DNA from: Chiloscyllium plagiosum
Lineage: Eukaryota
Assembly: GCF_004010195.1 (NCBI RefSeq)
Contig: NC_057718.1
Coordinates: 77,667,145 to 77,731,144, forward strand
DNA length: 64,000 bases
Direction: 5' to 3'
Below the pieces are notes generated by a model. The model made no database searches, was not told where the DNA came from, and was given only the letters and a program-made list of their open reading frames with translations. The position numbers were made by a program, and so were the translations under genes. Positions 12,820 to 26,000 of this stretch are shown here, piece after piece; positions within the stretch are counted from its first letter, which is position 1; each line of letters starts with the position of its first letter.

Positions 12820-12933
12820 CTTTCTAATCAATTTGTTCAGAGATATTATTACACATCCCTGGAACAGGTGGGACTTGAAACCAGGACTCCTTATCCAGGA
12901 ATAGGGACACTCCCACTGTGTCACAAGAGGACC
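12820..12933 (-). mobile_element. Short tRNA-derived SINE
   Basis: Minus strand has A-box-like and gtttcaagtccc B-box-like motifs; homologous to 13296-13404 and 39818-39925. Confidence 0.7.
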
Positions 12934-12944
12934 CAATGAATTTG

Positions 12945-13275
12945 GCTGGGTTGTGAACAGCAGAACATATGAGCATTCAATTTATGAATAAAATCTTAGA
13001 ATCATAGATGATGATGGCACTGAAGGAAGCCAGTTTGTCTGCTGAGCCTGTGACAGTCCTGTGCAAGAGCAGTCTAACCAACCTGGCTGTCCACCCTTTT
13101 CCTAAAGCCCTGTAAATTAATTTTCATCATGTATTAATCCAATTCCCTTTTGAAATCTTCAATTGCACAGCCTTCATCACATTCTCAGTCAGTGTAGTCC
13201 AGAACTTAATCAGTCACAGAATATAACGTTTTGTCTTATGTCAATGTTGCTTCTATTACCATCAATCTTTAATCA
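12945..13275 (+). repeat. 331-bp direct duplication, copy 2
   Basis: Near-identical to 11148-11478. Confidence 0.92.
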
Positions 13276-13295
13276 AAATTCATCATTTTTAGTTA

Positions 13296-13404
13296 TTTTC
13301 TGATTAACTTGTTCAGCAATGTTAGTATATACCTCTGGAGCAGGTCGGACTTGAACCTAGGTCTCCAGACTCAGAGGTAGCAACATACCACTATGCCACA
13401 AGAG
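13296..13404 (-). mobile_element. Short tRNA-derived SINE
   Basis: Minus strand tggcatagtgg (A box) and ggttcaagtcc (B box). Confidence 0.75.
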
Positions 13405-13720
13405 TAAGCTTTTTATACACCATGGGATGAACCTTATTTTCCTTTGACTAAGTCCAAGTTGCATTAAATTATTTGAAAGGTTTGTCATCCCGGCTTAGTG
13501 AGCTCAGTGGCTGTATCTTAGCAAACGTGCCTTGTTAATTACCTATCACATTCCTAATGGCATAACTCGTGTCTGATTTCTACCTATTCTTACCACCTGC
13601 CATTCCCTGAACTACTCACCACTCACCAGCATCCCTTGCACCTATACCATCTTTAAAAGAACATTGCATACTTGGACAAATGCCGTTAAGTGTGGAGTTG
13701 CCTTGCACTGTTCCTGACAT

Positions 13721-13933
13721 TTGTCCGAGACATGGCAGACAGGGGAGATTGAAACCCTACTGCTGGTTGGGGTGGTGCAGAGGCAGGACTTCCTCCTCCT
13801 CCAGCTCCAGACTGTGCCAGCCTTGTCTAAGGTTCCTATCCCTGTCAGAGCAGTCTCAGCCATCTGGAGGAATGCACAGCAATGTAGGAAGAAGGTCAGT
13901 ATTCTTCTCCATTTCTCCACTCCACTATCATAG
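13721..13933 (+). mobile_element. Harbinger-type Myb/SANT-like ORF relic
   Basis: ETLLLVGVVQRQDFL...VRAVSAIWRNAQQCRKKV; homologous to 600-765. Confidence 0.65.
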
Positions 13934-14183
13934 GTGCCACCACTTTCTCTCCCATACCTCACACTCATACTCACTGTCTCTGCCACTCTACCTACCCCTC
14001 ACCAAGGCTCATGCTCTACCACTCTCACTATTGTCTGCAACACCTTGCCCACTCACTGTCACCTACTCTAAACTTCCAATACTGCATGCCCTCTGTGTTG
14101 CCTACTCAGTCACTGAGGCCACCTGTACCAAAAGTAATAGCAGTGCCATGTTGGTTGTTTTCATCTAAAACCTGCCCTTATTC

Positions 14184-15066
14184 ATAGGATCATAGAGGTG
14201 TACAGCATGGAAACAGACCCTTCGGTCCAACTCGTCCATGCCGACCACTATCCCAACCCAATCTAGTCCCACCTGCCAGCACCTGGCCCATATCCCTTCA
14301 AACCCTTCCTATTCAAATACCCATCCAAATGCCTCTTAAATGTTGCATTTGTACCAGCCTCCACTACTTCCTCTGGCAACTCATTCCATACACGTACCTC
14401 CCTCTGTGTGAAAAAGTTGCCCCATAGGTCTCTTTTATATCTTTCCCCTTTCACCCTAAACCTATGCCCTCTATTTACCCTATCGATGCCCCTCATAATT
14501 TTGTAAACCTCTACAAGGTCACCCCTCAGCCTCCGACGCTCCAGGGAAAACAGCCCCAGCCTGTTCAGCCTCTCCTTATAGCTCAAATCCTCCAACCCTG
14601 GCAACATCCTTGTAAATCTTTTCTGAACCCTTTCAAGTTTCACAACATCCTGGTCAAGATCCTGTTGTAATCTGAGGTAACCCTCTTTGCTGTCCACTAC
14701 GTTTCCAATTTTGGTGTCATCTGCAAACTCACTAACCGTGCTCATATCCAAATTATTTATATAAATTACAAAAAATAGAGGGCCAAGCACCGATCCTTGT
14801 GGCACTCCACTAGTCACAGGCCTCCAGTCTGAAAAACAACCCTCCACCACCACCCTCTGTCTTCTACCTTTGAGCCAGTTCTGTATCCAAATGGCTAGTT
14901 CTCCCTGTATTCCATGAGACCTAACCTTGCTAACCAATCTCCCATGGGGAACCTTGTCAAAGTCCATATACTGAAGCCTTACTGAAGTCCATATAGATCA
15001 CATCTACTGCTCTGCCCTCATCAATCCTCTTTGTTACTTCTTCAAAAATCTCAATCAAGTTTGTGA
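14184..15066 (-). mobile_element. CR1 LINE 3' part with internal deletions
   Basis: ORF 14263-14967 has DFDKVPHGRL, SGVPQGSVLGP, FADD, then jumps from LQQDLDQ directly to DVVKLERVQ. Confidence 0.93.
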
Positions 15067-15074
15067 AAAAGCAA

Positions 15075-15580
15075 AAATGGCCTTAGTAGAGTGATATGCG
15101 CTTCTTGTCAGATGTGGGAGTTTAAGAAGAGTTTAAGGGTTACTACGGATTATATCTGCAATAAATGCTGTTGCGAATCTTATCAGATCGAATGGATCGG
15201 TTGGAGAGACAGTTAGAGGCAATGAGGAATTTGCATCAGCAACAGTATGTGATGGATGGTAGTTATAGGAAGGGGAAAAGTCGCAGATACAGTCACATAG
15301 ATGGGTTATCACCAGGAAAGGTAAGAGAGGTAGGCACCTTGTGCAGGCGTCTTCTGTGGCTATCCCCATTTCAAACAAGTATGCTGTTTTGGAAAATGTA
15401 GGGGTTGATCGATTCACAGGGGAATGTAGCATGAACAGCCAAGTTTCTAGTATTGAGACTGGCACTAATGCAACAAGGGGTTCGTCAGGTTCCAAGAGAT
15501 CAATTGTGTCAGGGGACTCTGTAGTCCGAGGTACAGACAGATGTTTCTGTGGCCAGCAGCGAAAACGCAGAATGCTGTTC
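15075..15580 (+). mobile_element. CR1 ORF1 fragment (coiled coil plus esterase start)
   Basis: RMDRLERQLEAMR; SNKYAVL; SGDSVVRGTDRCFCG (GDS motif). Confidence 0.8.
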
Positions 15581-15929
15581 CATGAGAAAAACAACCAAAT
15601 TGGGCATAAAGAGTCCATTCGGCTCCTCACTTCTTATGAACAGAAATTCCTGACTTCAATTACTCCAAGTAAGCCCTGGATTCGTATCAGAGGCTTCTCT
15701 TGAATTATTATCTCAGGAACCCCTGAGCAAGAGCTATTCCCCCTCAACTTGACTGAGGCTGGCTGAGAAATGAAAGGTTTCCTGGCTTTGTGTTGGTGCT
15801 AAACAGCAAGATAGCAGTACTGTGAGCCTGATATCTCTGGCTCAGCAGGCAGAGAGCCAAAAGGCAAGACAAGGGAGTGCAAAGCGAGGATGGTGTGACC
15901 ATCCAGATAGACTCAAGGGTGGGTGCCAC

Positions 15930-18785
15930 TGAATGCACTGCTTCTGCTTCCCCCCCCACCCGACCCCATGGTATGCATCACTTCCATTGGTGACGTCAGC
16001 CACGAACCCATAACCACACCCACTCCAGAGACAGTCTCTGTCCCCACTTCCAACTCCAGCCCCACACCAGGTCCTAGACCCCAGCCCTGCTGGTTTTTTA
16101 CCAGCCCCTCACCACTGCACTCCCCTACCCCCTCTCAGACCCACCCCTCACTGAGAATGAACGATCAATCCTTAGTAAAGGTCTCACCTTCATCCCACTA
16201 CGCCCCCAGATCAGCAAATTCAACGCGAGTCGTGACATCAAATTTTTCTTCCGCCATCTCCGCCTCGGTGCTGACTTTTTCCAACAGGACTCCCATCCAC
16301 CCTTCGAGGACCCCTTCTCCCACCTCCAGTATACTCCATCCACTTGGACACCCCATGCTAGTCTGTTACCCGCCCTCGACCTCTTCATCTCCAATTGCTA
16401 CTGTGACATTGACCACCTCAACCTGTCTACCCCTCTCACCCACTCCAACCTCTCACCCTCACAACACGCAGCCCTCCACTCCCTCTGCTCCAACTCTAAC
16501 CTCACCATTAAACCAGTGGACGGGGGTGGAGTGCAGAGGCAGTTTGGCACACAGACCTCTACACTGCTGAAGCCAGGTGCCAACTCGCGGCCACCTCCTC
16601 CCTACTGCCCTCTTGACCATGACCTCACCTCCCATCACCAAACTATCATCTCCCAGATCATACACAACTTCATCACATCAGGGGATCTCCCTTCCACAGC
16701 CTCCAACCTCATAGTACGGGAAGCCCGCACCACCCAGTTCTACGCCTTACCCAAAATTCACAAACCTGACTGTTCCATCATCTCCACCTGCTCCAGTCCC
16801 ACCGAATTTACCTCCTCATACCCATGACACTGTCTTTCACCCTGGGTCCAGGATTTCCCCACATACATTTGGAACACCACGCACTCCCTCCACCTCTTCC
16901 ATCAATTTCAGTGTGCCGGCTCCCAATGCCTCATCTTCATCATAGACGTCCATTCCCTATACGCATCCATCTACCATGATGAAGGTCGAAGGTCTCCAAG
17001 CCCTCCATTTCTTCCTCTCCTGCCGACCCAACCAGAACCCTTCCACCGACACACTCATTCGATTGGCTGAACTGATGCTCACCCTCAACAATTTCTCCTT
17101 TGAATCCTCCCACTTCCTTCAGATCAAAGGAATAGCCATAGGCACCCTGCCTCTTCGTCGGGTACGTGGAACAGTCCATCATCCGCAGCTACACCAGCAC
17201 CATTCCCCACCCTTTCCTCCTTGACATCATCCTCTGCCATTTCTGCCACCTACAGTCAGACCCCACCACCAGATAGTTCCCTCCCCTCCCTTTTCAGCAT
17301 TCCACAGAGACCATTCCCTCTGCAATTCCCTTGTTAGGTCCATGCCCCTCACCAACCCACCCACCACTCCCACCATCCTCCCTTGCTGCCACAAGAGGTG
17401 TAAAACCTGTGCCACCTAGTGCTCTCACGAGAAGGTTGAACAATTCATCAACTTCACGAATACCTTCCACCTGGACTATCTCGGATCTCCCTCCTCTTCC
17501 TGGACCTCTCCATCTCCATTTTCGGTGACCAACTCAACATTTCATTCCCTCAGCTACCTGGATGACACCTCCTCCCACTCCTCCCACCCCATAAAAAAAG
17601 CTATCCCTTACTTCCAATTCATCCGCCTCCGCTGCATCTGCTCCCCGGAGGACCAATTCCACTTCAGATCATCCCAGATGGCCTCCTTCTTCAAGGACTG
17701 CAATTTCCCCTCCCATGTGGTCAACAATGCCCTCCAGTGCATCTCCTCCACTTCCCACACCTCTGCCCTCAAACCCCAGCCCTCTAACCCCACCCCTCTA
17801 ACCACAACAATGACAGAACATCCCAGCCCTCACCTTCCACCCCACCAACCTCCACATACATCACATCATCCTCCGCCATTTCTGCCACCAACAGTCAGAC
17901 CCCACCACCAGAGGTATATTTCCCTCCCCACCCTTTTCAGCATTCCACAGAGACCATTCCCTCTGCAATACCCTTGTTGGGTCCATGCCCCCCACCAACC
18001 CACCCTCCACTCCCACCACCCTCCCTTGCTGCCACAACAGGTGCAAAATCTGCACCCACACCTCCCCCCCTCACCTCCATCCAAGGCCCCAAAGGATCCT
18101 TCCACATCCGGCAGAGATTTTCCTGCACATCCAAAAACGTCATCTACTGCATCCGTTGCTCTCGATGTCATCTCCTCTACATTGGGGAGACAGGATGCCA
18201 ACTTGCGAAACGTTTCAGAGAACGTCTCTGGGACACATGTTCCAATCAACCCATTGCCCTGAGCACTTCAACTCCCCCTTCCACTCTGCCAAGGGCATGC
18301 AAGTACTGGGCCTCCTCCACCGCCAAATCCTGGCCACCCGATGCCTAGAGGAAGAACACCTCATCTTCCATGTGGGCCCCTCCAACCATATGGGATCAAT
18401 GTTGATTTCACCAGTTTCTTCATCTCCCCTCCCTCCCATCTTATCCCAGATCCAACCCTCCAATTCGGCACTACCCTCCTGAATTGTCCTACTTGTCCAT
18501 TTTCATCCCCACCCATCTGCTCTACCCTCCACTCCAACCTAAGACCATCAACTCCCCCATCTTCATCTACCTATCAAATTCCTAGCTACCTTCATCTCAG
18601 CCCCACCCCCTTTCCATTTCTCTCTCAGCCCCCTCATTCCCGATGAAGGGTTTATGCCCAAATCGTTAATTCATTGCTTCTCGGATGCTGCCTGACCTGC
18701 TGTGCTTTTCCAGCATCACACTCTCCACTCTGCTCCTCAGGTGCTGCGTGGCCAGCTGTGCTTTGTGAGTGCCATTCTTTTTGAC
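15930..18785 (+). mobile_element. Long degenerate Penelope-like element (probably Neptune type): RT, Cys linker, GIY-YIG
   Basis: FYALPKIHKP, LTLNNFSF, CHNRCKIC linker, NVIYCIRCSRCHLLYIGETG; decayed hammerhead core at ~18641-18668. Confidence 0.92.
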
Positions 18786-18994
18786 TCAAGGGTAGGTGAG
18801 CACTATGAGAGCAAACAACGATCCATGAGCTTGGTGCTCAGGCACAATGTCCTTGCTGCAGCATTACAATGATGGTTACCAAGGTGCAGCATTCATGTTT
18901 AGAAGCATTCTGTAAGTGAATCAGAGCTGTTTCCCAGAGTGAGGCGCAAATATGGTTTAACTGCATATAAGATGATGGTTCGCGTTTCTGATAT

Positions 18995-19385
18995 CTGTCA
19001 CCTTAAAATTATGCCCTCTAGTTTTGAACTCACCTATTCTGGAATATGTTTGCTGTTAACCTTATCTATGCCCGTCATGATTTTATAACCTCGATAAGAT
19101 CACTCTTCAACCTCCTACACTACAGACCAAAACATCCCAACCTATCCAGACTCTCCTTATAACCCAAACCATCTAGTCCAGAGAAGATTCTTTAATTCTT
19201 TCCTGAATCCTTTCCAATTCAATAATATCCTTCCTACAGCAGGCTAGACAGATACATAAAAAGGAAAGTTTAGAGGGACATGGGCCAAATATAGGAAAAT
19301 GGGACTAATTTAGTTTGTAAAATCGGGTTACCATGGACAACCTGGGACCACAGGGTCTGTTTCTGTGCCATATGACTCTATGACT
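18995..19385. mobile_element. CR1 3' fragment with inverted 5' part
   Basis: About 18995-19242 is CR1 on the minus strand; about 19243-19385 is a CR1 tail on the plus strand ending tatgactctatgac. Confidence 0.7.
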
Positions 19386-19747
19386 TGATGATGTGGAATC
19401 ACTCCTCATCTTGCTTGAGGGAGTTTTAAATTGGGAATACGGAATATAGAGGGTATCGTATGAACGAATGAATTGAATACTTATTTAAATTTATTCAAGC
19501 AGAACCAAATGAAACCTGAGCTGAGAAATTTTATATGAAATACCATTAATGTCATTCAAGATTATTTAAGCTATATGAGTCTTCTGGGCCAGAGCAGCAG
19601 TGGAAAGCATCGCACATTCCAATATGGCTGCAGGGTAGGATGTCCCAGCCACAGCTTGTCTGCTCCAGACATGTCTTTTCTTTTTTTCCTCTTCCTTTTC
19701 TCTTGCTTGTGTTTTTTTTTTGTTCTGTTATTTTCTTCTTCTGCCAA

Positions 19748-20977
19748 TAGAGCAGAGTGGGAGCAGCTGGTAACCCGGAGCAGAGTGGGAGCAGCCGGTA
19801 ACCTGGAGCACAGGGGGAGCAGCCGGTAATCCGGAGTAGAGGGGGAGCAGCCGGTAACCTGGAGCAGAGTGGGAGCAGCCGGTAACCTGGAGCAGAGTGG
19901 GAGCAGCCGGTAATCCGGAGTAGAGTGGGAGCAGCCGGTAACCTGGAGCACAGGGGGAGCAGCCGGTAACCTGGAGCACAGGGGGAGCAGCCGGTAACCT
20001 GGAGCAGAGTGGGAGCAGCTGGTAACCTGGAGCACAGGGGGAGCAGCCGGTAACCCGGAGCAGAGTGGGAGCAGCCGGTAACCCGGAGTAGAGGGGGAGC
20101 AGCCGGTAACCCGGAGCAGAGTGGGAGCAGCCGGTAACCTGGAGCAGAGTGGGAGCAGCTGGTAACCCGGAGTAGAGTGGGAGCAGCCGGTAACCTGGAG
20201 CACAGGGGGAGCAGCCGGTAACCCGGAGTAGAGTGGGAGCAGCCGGTAACCCGGAGTAGAGTGGGAGCAGCCGGTAACCTGGAGCACAGGGGGAGCAGCC
20301 GGTAACCCGGAGTAGAGGGGGAGCAGCCGGTAACCCGGATGAGAGTGGGAGCAGCCGGTAACCTGGAGCACAGGGGGAGCAGCCGGTAACCTGGAGCAGA
20401 GTGGGAGCAGCCCGTAACCCGGAGTAGAGGGGGAGCAGCCGGTAACCTGGAGCAGAGTGGGAGCAGCCGGTAACCTGGAGTAGAAGGGGAGCAGCCGGTA
20501 ACCCGGAGCAGAGTGGGAGCAGCCAGTAACCTAGAGCAGAGTGGGAGCAGCCGGTAACCTGGAGCACAGGGGGAGCAGCCGGTAACCTGGAGAAGAGTGG
20601 GAGCAGCCGGTAACCCGGAGCAGAGTGGGAGCAGCCGGTAACCTGGAGCACAGAGGGAGCAGCCGGTAACCTGGAGCAGAGTGGGATCAGCCGGTAACCT
20701 GGAGCACAGGGGGAGCAGCCGGTAACCCGGAGCAGAGTGGGAGCAGCCAGTAACCTGGAGCACAGGGGGAGCAGCCGGTAACCCGGAGCAGAGTGGGATC
20801 AGCCGGTAACCCGTAGCAGAGTGGGAGCAGCCGGTAACCCGGAGCAGAGTGGGAGCAGCCGGTAACCCGGAGCAGATTGGGAGCAGCCAGTAACCTGGAG
20901 CAGGAGTGAGCAGCCAGTAACCCGGAGCAGAGTGGGAGCAGCCAGTAACCTGGAGCAGGAGTGAGCAGCTGCCCAGA
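19748..20977. repeat. Minisatellite, 28-bp unit, about 44 copies
   Basis: Unit gcagagtgggagcagccggtaacc(t/c)gga; ORF translations show a 28-aa period (3 x 28 bp). Confidence 0.97.
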
Positions 20978-21883
20978 GTGGGAACGGTGGGCACTGGCCT
21001 GGAGCTGAGTGGAGTGGCCAACAGCTTGGAATAAAGACTGCTCCTGTTTGGGAAATTGTAGAGTCTCTGCCTACCTCGACACTGTCCTATCCCCCCTAGT
21101 CCAGGAACTCCCCACATACGTTCGAGACACCACCCACGCCCTCCACCTCCTCCATGACTTCCATTTCCCAGCCCCGAATGCCTCATCTTCACCATGGATA
21201 TCCAATCCCTCTACATCTCCATCCGCCATGACCAGGCCCTCCAAGCCCTCCGTTTTTTCTTCTCCCGACGTCCCCAACAGTACCCTTCCACCGACACACT
21301 CATTCGTTTGGCAGAACTGGTCCTCACACTTAACAATTTCTCCTTCGAATCCTCCCACTTCCTCGAGACCAAAGGGGTAGCCATGGGCACACGTAATGGC
21401 CCCAGCTATGCCTGTCTCTTTGTTGGCTACGTAGTGCAGTCCATCTTCCGTAATTACACTGGCACCACTCCCCACCTTTTCCTCCGCTACATTGATGACT
21501 GCATTGGTGCCACCTCGTGCTCCCGCGAGGAGGTTGAGCAATTCATCAACTTCACCAACATATTCCACCCTGATCTTAGATTTACCTGGACCATTTCTGA
21601 CACCTCCCTCCCCTTCCTGGACCTCTCCATCTCCATTAATGACAACCGACTTGACACTGACATTTTTTTACAAACCCACCGACTCCTACAGCTACCTGGA
21701 TTACACCTCATTCCACCCTACCTCTTGCAAAAATGCCATCCCGTATTCCCAATTCCTCCGCCTCCGCCATGTCTGCTCCCAGGAGGACCAGTTCCACCAC
21801 AGAACACACCAGATGGCCTCCTTCTTTAGAGACCGCAATTTCCCTTCCCACGTGGTTAAAGATGCCCTCCAACACATCTCGTC

Positions 21884-22175
21884 NNNNNNNNNNNNNNNNN
21901 NNNNNNNNNNNNNNNNNNNNNNNNNNNNNNNNNNNNNNNNNNNNNNNNNNNNNNNNNNNNNNNNNNNNNNNNNNNNNNNNNNNNNNNNNNNNNNNNNNNN
22001 NNNNNNNNNNNNNNNNNNNNNNNNNNNNNNNNNNNNNNNNNNNNNNNNNNNNNNNNNNNNNNNNNNNNNNNNNNNNNNNNNNNNNNNNNNNNNNNNNNNN
22101 NNNNNNNNNNNNNNNNNNNNNNNNNNNNNNNNNNNNNNNNNNNNNNNNNNNNNNNNNNNNNNNNNNNNNNNNNNN
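21884..22175. other. Assembly gap (N run)
   Basis: 292 consecutive N. Confidence 1.
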
Positions 22176-22486
22176 CTCCCTCACCACTCAATGCCTGGAG
22201 GAAGAATGCCTCATCTTCCGCCTTGGAACACTTCAACCCCAGGACATCAATGTGGACTTCAACAGTTTCCTCATTTCCCCTTCCCCCACCTCACCCTAGT
22301 TCCAAACTTCCAGCTCAGCACTGTCCCCATGACTTGTCCTACCCATGTAATGTCTATCTTCTTTTCTACCTATCCACTCCATCCTCCCCCCTCCCCCACT
22401 CACCTATTGTACTCTATGCTACTTTCTCCCCACCCCCACCCTCCTCTAGCTTATCTCTCCACGCTTCAGGCTCTCTGCCTGTATTC

Positions 22487-22514
22487 CTGATGAAGGGCTT
22501 TTGCCCGAAATGTC
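22487..22514 (+). ncRNA. Minimal hammerhead core
   Basis: CTGATGA-a-gggc-tttt-gccc-GAAA-tgtc. Confidence 0.75.
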
Positions 22515-22911
22515 GATTTTGCTGCTGCTCGGATGCTGCTGGAAGAGCACCACTAATCCAGAAATTGTAGAGTCCAGTCAGACCACATGGAGGACCTTAT
22601 AGAAAGAATGTAATGTCTATCTTTTTTGCTGTATTTCTTATCCTATATTATGTATATCTATATTGTACCTATATTATGTACATCTGTAATATAGTGTAAG
22701 TGTTTTTCTTTAGTTTCTCTTTTTTCATGCCTAAGATTTGTATCTTAGCTACCTTGTACCTAAGATAGTACTGTGTATTGGCAACATTGTACACTTTTCA
22801 CTGTATTCCTGTTTTTTTTTGTACCTTGAGTACTTGTAACAATAAACCTAATTCTAGTTCTAACAAAACTGCTAGTTTATTCCAGGAAGAAGATTCACAC
22901 TGTGGTTTGGG

Positions 22912-22942
22912 GTGGGGGTGGTGGTGGTGGTGGTGGTGGTGG
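22912..22942 (+). repeat. (GGT)n microsatellite
   Basis: ggtggtggt... run. Confidence 0.9.
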
Positions 22943-23099
22943 AATGTAAGAAATAAGATAATCAATCTGTGTACAATATACAGAAATTATAATTTTATTC
23001 ATTGAGAGAGAATGTTTTTGTAAGTGTTATTTTCCTGGATGACCACTCCTGGTTCCTTGTAGCTTTTGCCACCTTGACCAGTATGTGGTACTGGATAAA

Positions 23100-26000
23100 G
23101 AGTGAAGTGATTTGCTGTCAACAACCATCCTTTGTCTGTGCTTTGCCTTAGCTTATCAAGTGATTAATGATAGACAATACACCATCATGTAGTGTACAGA
23201 GGAAGCATTATTCTTAGATAACAAGATGGCTTATTGCATAATTGTCTAAGGACTATGTCTTTAGGGAGCTGGAAGAGGCATATCTACTCTCTCCAAAAGC
23301 TTGTTGCCATCTATAAATTGTGTGTGACATCAGTGGAATGGGTGGAGCCAATGTAACATGAATATTAAACAAACACAGAGAATGCTGGGGAACTCAGCAA
23401 GTCTGACAGCAACTGTGGAGAGAAATAGAATTTGAGTCCAGTTTGATTCATCTTCAAAACTCTTGAAGACTTTCTGAAGAGTCATATCAGATTTGAAACA
23501 TTAACTCCATTAGATGTTGCCCAGCCCTGTTGTGTTTCTACAGCAGGTTTCTAGCATCTGCGGTATGTTGCTTTTGTAACATGAATATTAACCTCTTCAG
23601 AGCCATTACTTTATAAAGTATCTTCCCTCAACCTTTCTCTCCCATGATTAATAATTTAAACGATAACGTAAAAAGCCAAACTACATTTACCATTTCCCCA
23701 TCTGCCCTCAAGCCTCTGACTTCATAAATGTAGATGGTCTGCATCTTTCACACTTTTCTCTTCAGACTTGGACAAGTGGTAAGTCTTTTGCTCAAGGACT
23801 GTTGAAGCTGATTCTTATCAATGGATCATTTCTCCACTTCAGAAATTGTTATTGTACATCCTTCATGGAGGATGCTGTTCTTTGTTGATATTGTAGTCCA
23901 TTATCTTATTTGGAAGACCCTTAATCTCTTGAATTTCATTCTTCAACAACAGCTGTTGTCTTGAAATAAACACTTTCTTCCATGCAGTAACTTAGATTTC
24001 TGGTTCAGGCAATCCCTTTCACATCAGCAGAAATAGCTTCTTTTCTGCAGTATCCTGAATGCATAGATCAGGCAGTTTCTTCTTCTTGGCTATTAGCTGG
24101 ATCTGAACACTGGTCTGGTTCTAACAGAGTAATGGCGCAGCTTATTGCCCTTGAGTTGTTGATCAGGCTGGACATCTTCAGTCATCCATTGTTTGACTAT
24201 TGAAGTAAATCTTTTCAGATTCTCACTCACAGTTGTTCTTAATCAGCACTATTTCTGTCATTGGCATTGATTATTCTGCTTCAGAATAAGCTTTCCACAA
24301 GTCCTGGGAAGTCTGTGGCTGCCCCTCTGTTGACAATGTTAAGCATTTGTTTTATGCCAATATCAGTGATCTCATTGGATTGTTGTGTTGAATTAGGTTC
24401 CACTGTAAATCTGGGAAGTCCAATGATGTCTTCTACTGATTGAGCTTTAAGTGGTTGGTCAACAATGATTTGTTCCTGGACCAGTTGTTCTCTAGGAAGT
24501 TGCCAATCCCACCAGTTCTTCTGATGAAGTTGAGGCCCAGACATGTGTGGGCTCAGAAGTGAACTTGGTTGATTGCAAACAATGTACACACTTTCAATGC
24601 TCTTATATGCATTTGTGTTATAGTTAAAATTCTAGCCTTTCTTTGCTTCAGATATTTATTCCATCTATACCATGTAGTCTTTTCTCTGTAAACAATAACT
24701 TCTGCCTCTTCAGCAACAATAACTGATTTGATAGAACATTAATACTTGCTACTGTATCAAGTTTAAAATCAACAGGATTTCAGTAGACATAGACTAGTTT
24801 TATCTCTCCTGGCTCATCTGGATACATCCCTTGGAATGCCTCTGGTAACTTTTCCAATTTCATCAAATGTAGGTATCTTTTCCAATGGTGGTGGGTTTCT
24901 ATCATGTGTGACCACCAGTACTTTCAAATTCTGTCATCTCATTTGATTTGATCTGGCTGTAATCATATATACCGAGATAGCGTGAAAAATATTGTTTTGC
25001 ACGTTATCTGCACGTCTTCTAACAGTTTTGCAAAAAGTAGCATTCTGTAGTGATGGTTAGACATTGTCTACATCTGTGAGCCCTTATTGACCCATAGAGT
25101 TGAGAATGGTTTTTGTCTGGTTTTATGTGTATCCTTATCGTGTGCTTCTCAAGAGTGTCCATAGTTTATAAAGTTAATAGACTCAGTTGCCTTCTGTAAG
25201 TAGCTTGGTTTTGTCACAGTACCTGTCTGTGCATCTTTCTGCTTCCTGTTTCCAGTGCAATTTGAATATTTTCTCTAAAGTTAATCTTCATATGACTGTA
25301 TGTAATATGGCAAGTTTCATCCACAATTCCAACACTAATTTATTTCTTATGAATGCTGATCTCAAAGCTACATCTTATCAATTTTCTGCTAATCTGCAGA
25401 TTAATGAGATTGCCTAAGGATTCTCTTAAAAATTGAACTCTTCTCTTAAATCTTGCTCATTCAAGGATTTTATCTGCCTTTAAATTTAAGAAATTATCTA
25501 AAGTTTTTAGAACAAGATCAAAGTGCCTATACTCACTTTGATGCTATTTGTTTATAATATCATCCACAATCAGAGCCATTGAATTTGATTGTACATTATC
25601 CTGTTTAGCTCAGTCTTATGTTCAATTTTGAAGCAATGCCGTATTTTAAGAACTGTTGCATCCATGAATCTGATTTTATGTTTTGCATGTCCCTTTTCTG
25701 ACTGTAAATCTTTTAGGAAGGAATACATCTTTCACATTTCTTCTCAATGTGCTTCTTAATGTAAAGGTATTTTCAATATGGATCAATTCAACATTACATT
25801 AAATCCATCATTTGTTCAGCTTTTATTATTATGTTCACCAATTCTGTTTTAAATTGAGTGACTATGAAACTTGCTAGTTTTGCTATATCACAGCTATGTT
25901 GCAGTATTTCTTTTATTCTCCAGATTGATTTTAACTCTATATTTCCATAAAGTCGCACAGAATTCTTAAATTTTTTTTAAGAATTCTGTAGTAATTTGCA

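Larger units (their letters stand above)
21040..22562 (+). mobile_element. Penelope-like element RT region and pseudo-LTR, spanning the gap
   Basis: ORF 21194-21829 has MDIQSLY, KGVAMGT, FLRYIDD, PFLD; 3' end homologous to other PLE copies. Confidence 0.94.

Noticed and set aside
19552..21195. 547-aa minus-strand ORF and overlaps
   Set aside because: Translation of the 28-bp minisatellite plus antisense PLE sequence
21492..22490. ORFs spanning X runs
   Set aside because: Inflated by the N gap
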